DNA of 64,000 nt from Bacteroidaceae bacterium (GCA_963590865.1 CAVAQY010000001.1:4750-68749); one strand, 5' to 3'. Positions 30,420 to 40,118 are shown, counted from the first letter of the stretch. A program made the numbers and translations. The notes: generated by a model from the sequence alone, not told the origin.

Positions 30420-30831
30420 ATTCCGTTCCTCCTTGAATTTAGCGGGTTCTTGATTCTTGTGTGTGGCCAGCCATAGGGTAACGGTGTGTTGTCCAAGGCC
30501 GACGTGCATCCAGAAAATCCGTTTGGTATAGTTCTGAAACTATAACGGGGTGTCTGGATGGGGACAAAGGTAAATATAAAAATAAAACAGCTTCATATTT
30601 TTGCAATAAAAAAACAGCAAAAGTCCGAATTTTAATAATTGTTTAGGGAAATAACAAACAATTTTGCAGAAAATAGGAACAGCTGCATGCTTTCCGTGCC
30701 GTGTTGTTCATGGAATATGAGAGGTCGTCACTCGTACTGGCCATTAGCTGTCCTCGCGATGGGCATTTACTCCTATTTTATATAATAAAGGTGCAAAATA
30801 CTCGTTATTACAATACACTAATCTATTGACT

Positions 30832-33645
30832 ATGCGCAAGATATACCTTTTCTTCTTGTTCTTGTTGCCGCTGTTTGCCGGAAATGCCGCGGCGAATGAC
30901 TTGGACAGCATACGGACGGCACTCGAAACCAATACTAACGCAGTGGTACAGGAAAAGGTTTTCCTGCACATGGACAACACCTGTTACTTCGTGGGTGACA
31001 CCTTGTGGTACAAGGCATATGTGGTGAGAGCCGACAACCTACACCAGACCGACATGAGCCGCATACTTTACGTGGAGTTGCTCAACCCTGACGGACTCGT
31101 AGTGGAGCGGCAGAACATCATCATCAGTAGCAACGGCTTCGGCAACGGATGTTTTGCATTGGAGGATTCCCTATATTCCGGCTACTACGAACTGCGCGCC
31201 TACACCCGGTGGATGCTCAACTTCAATGTGGCGGAGCACCGTTATGGGCGTGAAGACCGTTTTGCTTTCTACAATAACCTTATGGCCAAGGACTTCTATC
31301 GCAAGTGGGAAGGACTCTATTCAAGGGTGTTCCCTGTGTATGGGAAACCCGAAACCGCCGGCGATTTCACCTACAAACGAATGGTGCAACGTCCGAAACA
31401 GAACGTCGTCAAGCCTGCTTCCGACAAACTGAACGCCACGTTCTATCCTGAAGGAGGCCATCTTATAGAGGGTGTGTCCAACCGCGTAGCCTTTGAACTT
31501 GTAGACCAGGAAGGGCAGGCTGTTGACGTAAAGGGCACAGTAAGTGCCGACGGAATGCAGAACCTAACCATTAAACCCACCCATCTGGGGCGTGGAACTT
31601 TTACGGTGACGCCGGGCGAGGACAGGATCAAGGCTGTTTTCACATGGAGGGGCAAGGAGTACTCCTTCAAACTTCCCAAGGCGGAAAGCTCGGGGGCTGC
31701 CCTGCGACTTGAAGACGGCAAGGCCACGATAGCCTTGCGCAACCTTCCGAAGGACAAACAGTATGGTGTGTCGGTGCTGTGCCGTGGTGCGCTGAAGCAT
31801 TTCGCGACTTTGGATGTCGATGGCGGCGATACTGCCACAATGGAACTGCCCGAACTGCCAACGGGAGTGAATCAGCTGACCGTGTTCAACAACGACGGGG
31901 AGATACTGGCCGACCGTCTTTTCTTCGTAAACAACCACGATTACGACGGCTATACCGTAGTTGTCGACAGTGGTCTCAAACTCAACTACGAACCATACGA
32001 GCAGGTCACGCTCGGCATGAAGTGCGAATACGTCAACGAACCCATGCTGCTGTCGGTGGCTGTGCGCGACTCCCGCACCGATGAACCAACATATAACGAC
32101 GGCGGATTGATGACCGACCTGCTGCTAAGCAGCGACTTGAAAGGTTTTGTGGCCAACCCTGCATACTATTTCGAGAGCACTGATGCGCAACATGCCGCCG
32201 ACTTGGACGTGCTGATGATGGTGCAGGGCTGGCGCAAATACAAGTGGAAGTCACTTGCAAACTCCGATTTGCCGCAGCAAAGGTACAGTCCAGAAACCAC
32301 CATGACGGTAGAAGGCTCGGTGTATAAGATGCTTTCGCTCAATGAAGTTGAACCGGACGAGATAGCCAACTGGGCGTATGGCGTGGGATATGTAGGCTCT
32401 CGCCTTACCGATGAGGAGCAGCTTGCCGACCTCGGGCTGACGGACTCTGAGGCTGAAACTGACAACAGCTTCTACAGTACCGACGAGCTGACTGTGACAA
32501 ACACGGAGGAAAACGACAGCTATGAGTATGATAACATCAACGATGCCAACAGTTTTCTCGGCGTAAACCACGGCGGTTTGAAGAAGGAAGTGCTCGTTGA
32601 AGCCGAAGTGTTCCTTGGCGACAGCTTCGCAGGGTCGGTGCAGGAAACCCACGACGGCGGACGTTTCCTCTTTGAAATACCGCCCTTCTACGGCAAGACC
32701 ATATTGAATATGAAGGCTTACTCCAAGGGTGACTCCGTAAAAAAGAACATGCTGTCGCGTGCAGACAAGACCGCTCTCGACGAAGACTCGTATCCCGATT
32801 ACTACGTAAAGCGCGACCTGTTCTACCCGCGCTTTGCGGAAAAGTACAGCTACTACCAGAGCCACGCCCCGGAAATGGGTTTCAATATGCCGATAATTAC
32901 TGCTGCCGACAGTCTGCTCTCGATGGAACAAGACGACCATCTGCTCCAGAACATCAACGTAAAAGGCAAGCGCAGGGGCAAGAGAGCCATCGACTACAAC
33001 CGCCCGGCGTTCGTTGCCGATGCTTACGACCTGTACAACGACCTTACAGACTACGGACTTAGCATCGGCAAGTTCGACGCCCGGCTGTTCCCCGTGCGCA
33101 TCTGCCAGTTGCTGTACGGCAACATGGGACGCTACAACACGGTGAATGTAGATGCCCGACTGAACGGCCACACCTACTATCGCAACTACAAGTTGCAGGA
33201 GGGAGACCAACACAAAGTGCTGACTAACTACAATCCGAGGGCACTATACGACGACTTGAAACTGAAACGTCTGGACAAGGTGAGGGTGTACAGCGACTTT
33301 GAGCCTCGCAACGAGGACGCACCAATGCCTACATACAAGTTTGAAGCCGATGCGACAGTTGAACTGGTTACTGTAAAGGACGACGGTGTGCAACCAACAT
33401 CGCGCGACCGGCGCATATATATTAATGGTATAAACGAGCCGGTGGACTTCTATTCGCCCGACTATTCAACACAAAAGCCGAAGATTCCGACCGACTACCG
33501 AAGGACACTCTATTGGAACCCGAACATCAGAACTGACAGCGACGGACGTTTGAAGCTCTCCTTCTTCAACAACAGCAAGGAGACAAGGATAAAAGTAAGT
33601 GCTGTGGGCATTACCGCCGATGGCAAGTTCGTGGAAAGCAAATAA
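30832..33645 (+). CDS. Large secreted protein with MG2/alpha-2-macroglobulin-like end domains, function unknown
   Basis: Signal peptide MRKIYLFFLFLLPLFAGNAAA. VQEKVFLHMDNTCYFVGDTLWYKAYV (MG2-like). C-terminal TLYWNPNIRTDSDGRLKLSFFNNSKETRIKVSAVGITADG (MG-domain-like). ATG 30832 (the track start is a TTG). Confidence 0.5.
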   Translation: MRKIYLFFLFLLPLFAGNAAANDLDSIRTALETNTNAVVQEKVFLHMDNTCYFVGDTLWYKAYVVRADNLHQTDMSRILYVELLNPDGLVVERQNIIISSNGFGNGCFALEDSLYSGYYELRAYTRWMLNFNVAEHRYGREDRFAFYNNLMAKDFYRKWEGLYSRVFPVYGKPETAGDFTYKRMVQRPKQNVVKPASDKLNATFYPEGGHLIEGVSNRVAFELVDQEGQAVDVKGTVSADGMQNLTIKPTHLGRGTFTVTPGEDRIKAVFTWRGKEYSFKLPKAESSGAALRLEDGKATIALRNLPKDKQYGVSVLCRGALKHFATLDVDGGDTATMELPELPTGVNQLTVFNNDGEILADRLFFVNNHDYDGYTVVVDSGLKLNYEPYEQVTLGMKCEYVNEPMLLSVAVRDSRTDEPTYNDGGLMTDLLLSSDLKGFVANPAYYFESTDAQHAADLDVLMMVQGWRKYKWKSLANSDLPQQRYSPETTMTVEGSVYKMLSLNEVEPDEIANWAYGVGYVGSRLTDEEQLADLGLTDSEAETDNSFYSTDELTVTNTEENDSYEYDNINDANSFLGVNHGGLKKEVLVEAEVFLGDSFAGSVQETHDGGRFLFEIPPFYGKTILNMKAYSKGDSVKKNMLSRADKTALDEDSYPDYYVKRDLFYPRFAEKYSYYQSHAPEMGFNMPIITAADSLLSMEQDDHLLQNINVKGKRRGKRAIDYNRPAFVADAYDLYNDLTDYGLSIGKFDARLFPVRICQLLYGNMGRYNTVNVDARLNGHTYYRNYKLQEGDQHKVLTNYNPRALYDDLKLKRLDKVRVYSDFEPRNEDAPMPTYKFEADATVELVTVKDDGVQPTSRDRRIYINGINEPVDFYSPDYSTQKPKIPTDYRRTLYWNPNIRTDSDGRLKLSFFNNSKETRIKVSAVGITADGKFVESK

Positions 33646-33664
33646 CCACAGACTCCCAAAAACG

Positions 33665-33703
33665 ACGGAGTCCATGAAACCTTTCAAGGTTCATGGACTC
33701 CGT
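33665..33703 (+). terminator. Hairpin terminator after the MG2-like gene
   Basis: acggagtccatgaa-(11 nt)-ttcatggactccgt: 14-bp perfect stem. Confidence 0.55.
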
Positions 33704-33726
33704 ATTGTCTTCGCTTTGTGATGTTT

Positions 33727-33803
33727 TGGCGGTGCGTACGAGATTCGAACTCGTGACCTCCTGCGTGACAGGCAGGCATTCTAACCAACTGAACTAACGC
33801 ACC
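33727..33803 (-). tRNA. tRNA-Asp (anticodon GTC), CCA encoded
   Basis: Minus strand ggtgcgttagttcagttggttagaatgcctgcctGTCacgcaggaggtcacgagttcgaatctcgtacgcaccgcca. Cloverleaf arms pair, with T-loop GTTCGAATC. Confidence 0.9.
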
Positions 33804-33821
33804 TGTTGCCTTATTTGCGGG

Positions 33822-33832
33822 TGCAAAGGTAA
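33822..33832 (-). promoter_or_regulatory. Bacteroidota -7 promoter motif for tRNA-Asp
   Basis: Minus strand tTACCTTTGCA, about 20 nt upstream of the tRNA 5' end. Confidence 0.5.
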
Positions 33833-33982
33833 CCATTTTCCGCAAACCTACAAAGAAAAAAGGAGGAATATTTATGTAAAGTTCAAAATATCTGCACGTG
33901 ACCTGCCAAGTCGCATCGAAACGCTATGTAAGGTGCGCAACGAAATATGGCAGGTTTCTCATAGAAATCAGGCAACTTTTCG

Positions 33983-33992
33983 TACTTTTGCA
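33983..33992 (+). promoter_or_regulatory. Bacteroidota -7 promoter motif for cobQ-cobD-cbiB
   Basis: TACTTTTGCA 36 nt upstream of ATG 34028. This leaves too little room for a riboswitch. Confidence 0.5.
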
Positions 33993-34027
33993 CATAAAAT
34001 CCGCAACAGTAAGGCAACAGAAAAATT

Positions 34028-35536
34028 ATGGAAAAGCTGCATCCGATAATGTTTGCAGGCACGGGAAGCGACGTGGGCAAGAGCGTTATTGCCGCTGCCT
34101 TCTGTCGCATATTCCTGCAAGACGGCTACAGTCCCGCCCCTTTCAAGGCGCAGAACATGGCTCTCAACTCCTTTGCCACGCCCGACGGTCTGGAGATAGG
34201 ACGCGCCCAGGCGGTGCAAGCCGAGGCTGCGGGCATCGAGTGTTGCACAGACATGAACCCCCTGTTGCTCAAACCCAACAGCAACCATACGTCGCAGGTA
34301 GTGCTCAACGGTAGGCCTATGGGCAATCAGTCAGCCTACGACTACTTCAAACGTGAGGGGCGCGAGGAACTGAGGCGTGAAGTTCAGTCAGCGTTCGACC
34401 GCCTTAGCCGCCGCTACAATCCCATTGTGATGGAGGGGGCTGGCAGCATTTCGGAGATAAACCTGCGCGACACCGACCTTGTGAATATGCCTATGGCCAT
34501 GTACGCCAATGCCGATGTGGTGCTTGTGGGCGACATCGATAGGGGAGGGGTGTTCGCCAGCGTGTACGGAAGTATAATGCTGCAACGCCCGGAGGAACGC
34601 AAGAGAATAAAGGGCATACTGATAAACAAGTTCCGGGGCGACCAAAGGCTGTTTGAAGACGGCCGCCGCATGATGGAAGACCTGTGCGGAGTGCCGGTGC
34701 TCGGTGTGATACCTTATTTCAGCGACATACACATAGAGGAGGAAGACAGCGTTGCCCTGGCTGCAAAGGCAAAGGAACGGGAGCAGGGCAGGGTTAACGT
34801 GGCTGTAGTGCTGCTGCGCCACCTTAGCAATTTCACTGACTTTGATGCCTTGGAGCGCGATACGCGCGTACATCTATATTATACAGCCAATGCCGACGAT
34901 ATTGTCAATGCCGACATAATAGTAGTTCCTGGAAGCAAGTGTACCATTGACGACCTCTGCGAACTGCGCCGAAGCGGTTTGGCCACGGCCATAACCGAAG
35001 GGCGGAAACGAGGTGCAACGGTTGTTGGCGTGTGTGGAGGCTATCAGATGCTGGGTGTTGAGGTCTGCGACCCGTGTCATGTGGAGAGTGAAACGGAGCG
35101 GTTGCCGGGTCTCGCCCTGCTTCCGGTGAGCACAACCATCACCACAGAGAAGACTACACGGCAAAGGCATTTTGCCCTGTATGATGATTCTGCACACAAA
35201 ACGGAGTGCGGACGGCAGACAAAGATGGTCGGTTATGAGATTCACATGGGTGAGACGCACATCGTAGACGGCGAGTCGGCACAGCCTTTGGCGGTGTTTG
35301 GCGACGGTACAACCGACGGATGCAAGGTTGATGGCCGCTGCTTCGGCACGTACATACACGGCATTTTCGACAACGGCGAGTTCGTCGACCTTTTGTTGAA
35401 ACCGTATGCTGACAAACTAAGCGACAGCGGAACATTCGACTATGCCGCATACAAGAACCGGCAGTATGACCTCTTGGCCGACTATGTGCGCAGTTGTGTT
35501 GACATGAATAGACTCTATGATATCCTGAAAGCATGA
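34028..35536 (+). CDS. cobQ: Cobyric acid synthase
   Basis: IMFAGTGSDVGKSV N-terminus. Glutamine amidotransferase part with GVCGGYQMLG and GTYIHGIFDN. Confidence 0.9.
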   Translation: MEKLHPIMFAGTGSDVGKSVIAAAFCRIFLQDGYSPAPFKAQNMALNSFATPDGLEIGRAQAVQAEAAGIECCTDMNPLLLKPNSNHTSQVVLNGRPMGNQSAYDYFKREGREELRREVQSAFDRLSRRYNPIVMEGAGSISEINLRDTDLVNMPMAMYANADVVLVGDIDRGGVFASVYGSIMLQRPEERKRIKGILINKFRGDQRLFEDGRRMMEDLCGVPVLGVIPYFSDIHIEEEDSVALAAKAKEREQGRVNVAVVLLRHLSNFTDFDALERDTRVHLYYTANADDIVNADIIVVPGSKCTIDDLCELRRSGLATAITEGRKRGATVVGVCGGYQMLGVEVCDPCHVESETERLPGLALLPVSTTITTEKTTRQRHFALYDDSAHKTECGRQTKMVGYEIHMGETHIVDGESAQPLAVFGDGTTDGCKVDGRCFGTYIHGIFDNGEFVDLLLKPYADKLSDSGTFDYAAYKNRQYDLLADYVRSCVDMNRLYDILKA

Positions 35537-36546
35537 TTACGGGACACGGTGACGATGCATACAGATATGACGGAAGGGTGACAAGAAACTTCAGTTCAAA
35601 CATCTTTACCCATGCCGACCTTGCTCCTCTGTGCGGCTTTCTGGCCTCACGGCTCGGCGATGTGGCCACCTATCCTGAACCTGAGCCACGGTCATTGGAG
35701 CGGAAGATAGCAGAACATGAGGGCATCAGTCCCGACTGCGTGACCGTAACGGGCGGTGTCACCGAGGCAATATACCTTGTGGCTCTCGCTTTCCGTCATC
35801 TTACGCCAGTAATCTGCACTCCGACGTTCAGTGAATATGAGTCGGCGAGCCTCATCCATGCTCTTCATGAGCCGCAATTCACTGACTCGCTGCAACCGAC
35901 AGATACAAAGAATGTCTTGTATTGGTTGTGCAATCCTAACAATCCTACAGGTGAGGTGATTGGAAAAGATGTCATAGACTCGCTGGCAGGGCGGGATGGA
36001 GATGTGGTAGTGGTGGATCAGGCTTATGAAGACTACACAACCGAGCAACTGCTCACCGACAGGGAAGCCATAGGAATGGGCAATGTGCTGCTGTTGCACA
36101 GTCTTACCAAGCGTTACTGCATTCCCGGACTGCGTATAGGCTACGCCGTGGGGGCACAACCGTTGATAAGTCGCATGAAAAGCGTGCGCCAGCCATGGAC
36201 TGTCAATGCTTTGGCCTTGGCAGCTGCCGATGGTTTCCTGCTCAACAAGCAACCGTTTGCCGATGCCAAGGCGTTGTGCGCCGAAGCCCAGTGGCTCAAT
36301 AGCCGGCTGAACGGAATAGACGGAGTGACGGCTCTCCCCACACAAACCAACTTCATGCTGTGTCGCTTGCAGAACACGACGGCCTTGCGGCTGAAGGAAT
36401 GGCTCGTGGACAGGCACGGTATACTGATAAGAGACGCGTCGAATTTCCGTGGCTTGGATGGCCGATACTTCCGTGTGGCGGCGCAAAACCGCAATGACAA
36501 TGAGGCTCTTGTAGCCGCAATAAAGGAGTTTTTGGCGTTATTATGA
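35533..36546 (+). CDS. cobD: Threonine-phosphate decarboxylase (class I/II aminotransferase fold)
   Basis: MITGHGDD start, CNPNNPTG, PLP-lysine context LHSLTKRYCIPGLRIGY. ATGA overlap with cobQ. Confidence 0.8.
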   Translation: MITGHGDDAYRYDGRVTRNFSSNIFTHADLAPLCGFLASRLGDVATYPEPEPRSLERKIAEHEGISPDCVTVTGGVTEAIYLVALAFRHLTPVICTPTFSEYESASLIHALHEPQFTDSLQPTDTKNVLYWLCNPNNPTGEVIGKDVIDSLAGRDGDVVVVDQAYEDYTTEQLLTDREAIGMGNVLLLHSLTKRYCIPGLRIGYAVGAQPLISRMKSVRQPWTVNALALAAADGFLLNKQPFADAKALCAEAQWLNSRLNGIDGVTALPTQTNFMLCRLQNTTALRLKEWLVDRHGILIRDASNFRGLDGRYFRVAAQNRNDNEALVAAIKEFLALL

Positions 36547-37529
36547 ACGACAGTTTTATGATGTTCTTGCTGCCATTGGCAGTCGGTTGGCTACTTGATT
36601 TGGCCTTTGGTGACCCCATAAAGCTGCCTCACCTGGTAGTTCTGTTCGGTCGTTTGATAGGCAAAGGCGAGCATTGGCTTAACAAAGGCTGTCACCGACG
36701 GCTGAAAGGCGGTGTGATGGCCGTGGCATTAGTGTGTCTGGCGTGGCTCGCCGCCGCAGTTTTGATGTTGGCTGTGTACTCAATCGGCACCGCATGGCCG
36801 CCGTTGAAACACTGGCTGTGGGTGGTTGTCGGCGGAGTGCTGGTGTTTTATTGTCTGGCTGGAACAACACTCATACGCGAGGTGAGGGCGGTGTTTGCCG
36901 CTCTTGACCGTTCGCTTGACGAAGGAAGAAAGCAGGTGGCACGCATCGTGGGGCGCGACACTTCGGAACTTAGTGCCCATGAAGTGCGCACGGCAGCACT
37001 TGAAACATTGGCAGAAAACCTTAGTGACGGTGTCGTTGCACCGCTGTTTTGGTATGCTGTTGGCGGAGTCCCGTGCATGGTGGCCTACAAAATGGTGAAC
37101 ACACTGGACTCTATGATAGGCTACCGCACCGCACGCTACAAGGACTTCGGCTGCGTGGCCGCACATATAGACGACATTGCCAACTTCATTCCGGCGCGTA
37201 TCTCCGCGCTGTTGATGGTTTTGACCAACGCAATGATCTATCGGCAGTGGAAAAGAGTGCCGGTTCTGTTGCGCTTCGTTGTCAAATACGGGCCGCAGCA
37301 CGCCAGTCCCAATAGCGGATGGCCGGAAGCTGCGCTCGCCGGAGTGCTGGATTGCCGCTTCGGAGGACCTCACTATTACTTCGGAGAGTACTTTCCCAAA
37401 CCGTACATCGGCAGCAACGACCGCCCGTTGTGTACCGCTGACGCCCGCAAGGCATTGCGCATCAATCGTGGTGCGGAGCTTCTGATGGTCATCATTGTTG
37501 CTCTTGCGGCTGTCGTTGTGTATGGATAA
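36543..37529 (+). CDS. cbiB: Adenosylcobinamide-phosphate synthase
   Basis: LLDLAFGDPIKLPHLV, ENLSDGVVAPLFWY, MIGYR, SPNSGWPEAA motifs. ATGA overlap with cobD. Confidence 0.9.
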   Translation: MNDSFMMFLLPLAVGWLLDLAFGDPIKLPHLVVLFGRLIGKGEHWLNKGCHRRLKGGVMAVALVCLAWLAAAVLMLAVYSIGTAWPPLKHWLWVVVGGVLVFYCLAGTTLIREVRAVFAALDRSLDEGRKQVARIVGRDTSELSAHEVRTAALETLAENLSDGVVAPLFWYAVGGVPCMVAYKMVNTLDSMIGYRTARYKDFGCVAAHIDDIANFIPARISALLMVLTNAMIYRQWKRVPVLLRFVVKYGPQHASPNSGWPEAALAGVLDCRFGGPHYYFGEYFPKPYIGSNDRPLCTADARKALRINRGAELLMVIIVALAAVVVYG

Positions 37530-37567
37530 ATTCGAACACCTACTTATAGAAACCAAACGTTCAAGAC

Positions 37568-38308
37568 ATGAAAACAATAATGACAAGGCGGTCTATCCGC
37601 AAGTATTCCGACAAGGAAGTAAGCGACGAACTTCTCAACAGGCTGCTTTCCGAGGCAGCACGCACCCAGACAATGGGCAATATGCAACTGTATAGTGTGG
37701 TGGTGACGCGCTCCAAGGAGGGCAAAGAGGCTCTTGCACCGGCGCATTTCAACCAACCGATGGTGACAAACGCCCCGGTAGTGCTCACCGTCTGTGCCGA
37801 TTTCAACCGGGCAACCACATGGTGCGAACAGCGCAAGGCACAGCCCGGCTACGACAACCTGCTGTCTTTCATCAATGCAACGACCGATGCGTTGCTCTAT
37901 ACGCAGACCTTTTGCAACCTCGCAGAGGAAGAAGGACTCGGTCTATGTTTCCTCGGCACCACGGTTTACATGCCGAAAATGATAATAAAGGCACTGGATT
38001 TGCCGCGTCTCACCATGCCTGTTGCCACGATAACATTGGGTTGGCCAGACGAAAACCCGCAGCTGAGCGACCGCATACCCACGGCTTCGTTTGTGCATCA
38101 GGAGCGTTACCACGACTATACTCCGCAGGACATCGACCGTGCATATGCCGAAAAGGAGGCGTTGGAGGAGAACTTGGACTTCATAAAGCTGAACAACAAG
38201 GAGACACTTGCCCAGGTCTATACCGACATCCGCTACACAAAGAAGGACAATGAAGTCATGTCGGAGGGCATGGTGGAGGCTTTGAGGATGCAGGGATTTA
38301 TGGATTAG
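37568..38308 (+). CDS. Nitroreductase-family (NfsA/Frp-like) flavin oxidoreductase
   Basis: TRRSIRKYSDKEVSDELLNRLL start typical of the nitroreductase fold. 246 aa with a C-terminal extension. Confidence 0.8.
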   Translation: MKTIMTRRSIRKYSDKEVSDELLNRLLSEAARTQTMGNMQLYSVVVTRSKEGKEALAPAHFNQPMVTNAPVVLTVCADFNRATTWCEQRKAQPGYDNLLSFINATTDALLYTQTFCNLAEEEGLGLCFLGTTVYMPKMIIKALDLPRLTMPVATITLGWPDENPQLSDRIPTASFVHQERYHDYTPQDIDRAYAEKEALEENLDFIKLNNKETLAQVYTDIRYTKKDNEVMSEGMVEALRMQGFMD

Positions 38309-38450
38309 TGTGCAGAACCCACCTGCGTGATAAACTATTGCTGTCCGCTAAAACGCAATAGGCTTCATTGACCATCGAAGCCTATTGCGATAGCCGATGA
38401 AGCCTGCTTCATTGCCCAACGAAGTCAATTGCCCAAAATGGCATGAAAAA

Positions 38451-38534
38451 GTATCCTAAGATACATTGCCAAGTATCTTAAGATATATCGCCAAGTATCC
38501 TAAGATACATTGCCAAGTATCCTAAGATACTTTG
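38451..38534. repeat. 22-bp tandem repeat x3.8, each unit carrying a GTATC-N4-GATAC palindrome
   Basis: Units gtatcctaagatacattgccaa (38451), gtatcttaagatatatcgccaa (38473), gtatcctaagatacattgccaa (38495), gtatcctaagatactttg (38517). Units 1 and 3 are identical. Confidence 0.9.
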
Positions 38535-38563
38535 TATGTTAGGTTATGTTCCTGCAATAACAG

Positions 38564-38605
38564 CAAAGAGCCGGCGGTTTCATCTTGCGAACCGCCGGCT
38601 CTTTG
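38564..38605 (-). terminator. Hairpin terminator after the MFS transporter gene
   Basis: caaagagccggcggtt-(10 nt)-aaccgccggctctttg: 16-bp perfect stem 56 nt past the stop at 38661. Confidence 0.6.
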
Positions 38606-38660
38606 TGTTATTGTGCGGACTTGTCGCCCGCAATGTTTTCAATGTTGTTCAGACCGTTTT

Positions 38661-40118
38661 TTATTCCACAATGATGGGCTTGTATTTCGGCACGAGGGCC
38701 TTCATGATCATCCAACCGATAAGGTAAGCCACAGCACAGATGCTGAACACAATCATGTAGGCGGCCGGTTTGCCGTCAAATCCCATGAACGTAAAGGCTT
38801 CGCCCTGCCCATCTGCGTAGGTGAAGAATATACCGGATCCGTAGTTGATGAGGTATGAACCGACTCCACCGGCCATTGCACCGATACCGGTGATGGTGGC
38901 TATGGTTGATTTGGGGAACATATCGCCAATGGTAGAGTACAGGTTGGCTGACCAAGCCTGGTGGCCTGCACCGAGCAGACCGATGATTATTGCCGGCCAC
39001 CAAGGGCTGTAAGCACCCAAGGGCTGTGCCAAAAGACCCAGCAAGGGGAAGCAGGCAAAGATAAGCATGGCGCGCATGCGGCCTATGTAGGGGTTCATGC
39101 CTAACTTGTCAACAAAGTAAGTTGGCAGATATCCGCCGCCGATACTCAAAACCGTAACGATTGCGTAGAGCGTAAAGATGAGCGCGATGGCCATGGGCGA
39201 GTCTGAAGTGTAGCCGTATTGGTCAGAGAAATAGGCAGGTGCCCAGAACAGGAAGAACCACCACACTCCGTCGGTCATGAATTTGCCTACGATAAACGAC
39301 CAAGTCTGACGGAAAGTGAAGCATTTCCAGAAGTTTATAGTCTTTTCCTCTACCTCCTCGTCCTGTGTCTCGGCTGCTTCGGGGGTGTCAACGTCCTGCT
39401 CTATGTAGTTAAGCTCGGCGGAATTGACGTGCTTGCTCTTGTGCGGTTTCTCATAGAGCCACAACCAAAGCCCCATCCACACGTATCCGAGCACACCGAT
39501 GATGATGAATGCCATTTCCCAACCGAGCGAACGTGCCAGCAAAGGAATGGTTGCCGGAGCGGCAAGTGCGCCTATTGATGCGCCGCTGTTGAATATGGAA
39601 GTGGCAAAGGCACGGTCTTTCTTCGGGAAGTATTCGGCAGTCACTTTGATGGCGGCAGGGAAGTTTCCTGCTTCGCCCACGGCAAGGATGAAACGGCACG
39701 AAAGGAACAACCAGACACTTATGGTGGCTATGGCAACTGCTGCATCGCTTCCGGCCTTCACCAGCCTTAGGGCTTCTATGGAGTCGTATCCCTCAACCTG
39801 CATGGCCACCCAGCCACAGCCGGCGTGCAGCACAGCACCTGTAGACCATACGAATATGGCTATGAGGTAACCCTTTTTCGTTCCCATCCAGTCTACAAAC
39901 TTTCCAGCAAACAAGTTTGCAACGGCGTAGAAGATGGAGAACCATCCTGTAATCAAACCGTAGTCTGCGTCAGTCCAGTGAAATTCGGGAGAAATAAAGT
40001 CTTTCCATGTAAGCGACAGCACCTGTCTGTCCATGTAATTCACAGTGGTTGCCAAGAAGAGCAAGCCACAAATGATCCAACGGAAGTTGGTCATCTTGGT
40101 TGTTTTGATTGAATTCAT
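38661..40118 (-). CDS. MFS transporter, hexuronate (ExuT)-like ACS family
   Basis: FRWIICGLLFLATTVNYMDRQVLS, FAGKFVDWMGTKKGY, EYFPKKDRAFATSIFNSGASIGA resemble E. coli ExuT. Alternative start ATG 40094. Confidence 0.7.
   Translation of the reverse strand: MNSIKTTKMTNFRWIICGLLFLATTVNYMDRQVLSLTWKDFISPEFHWTDADYGLITGWFSIFYAVANLFAGKFVDWMGTKKGYLIAIFVWSTGAVLHAGCGWVAMQVEGYDSIEALRLVKAGSDAAVAIATISVWLFLSCRFILAVGEAGNFPAAIKVTAEYFPKKDRAFATSIFNSGASIGALAAPATIPLLARSLGWEMAFIIIGVLGYVWMGLWLWLYEKPHKSKHVNSAELNYIEQDVDTPEAAETQDEEVEEKTINFWKCFTFRQTWSFIVGKFMTDGVWWFFLFWAPAYFSDQYGYTSDSPMAIALIFTLYAIVTVLSIGGGYLPTYFVDKLGMNPYIGRMRAMLIFACFPLLGLLAQPLGAYSPWWPAIIIGLLGAGHQAWSANLYSTIGDMFPKSTIATITGIGAMAGGVGSYLINYGSGIFFTYADGQGEAFTFMGFDGKPAAYMIVFSICAVAYLIGWMIMKALVPKYKPIIVE

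Noticed and set aside
33727-33803. tRNA-Asp as an integration site for a genomic island (the adjacent lipase/MG2-like genes).
   Set aside because: There is no integrase, excisionase or transposase. I could not find a direct repeat of the tRNA 3' end elsewhere in the window.
33804-34027. Possible cobalamin riboswitch upstream of cobQ (a gacctgcc B12-box-like octamer at 33900-33907).
   Set aside because: No accompanying conserved elements (GCCACTG, GGGAA, paired stems) are present. The octamer lies upstream of the cobQ promoter motif, in DNA that on the other strand is just upstream of the tRNA-Asp promoter motif. Only 36 nt separate the promoter from the ATG.
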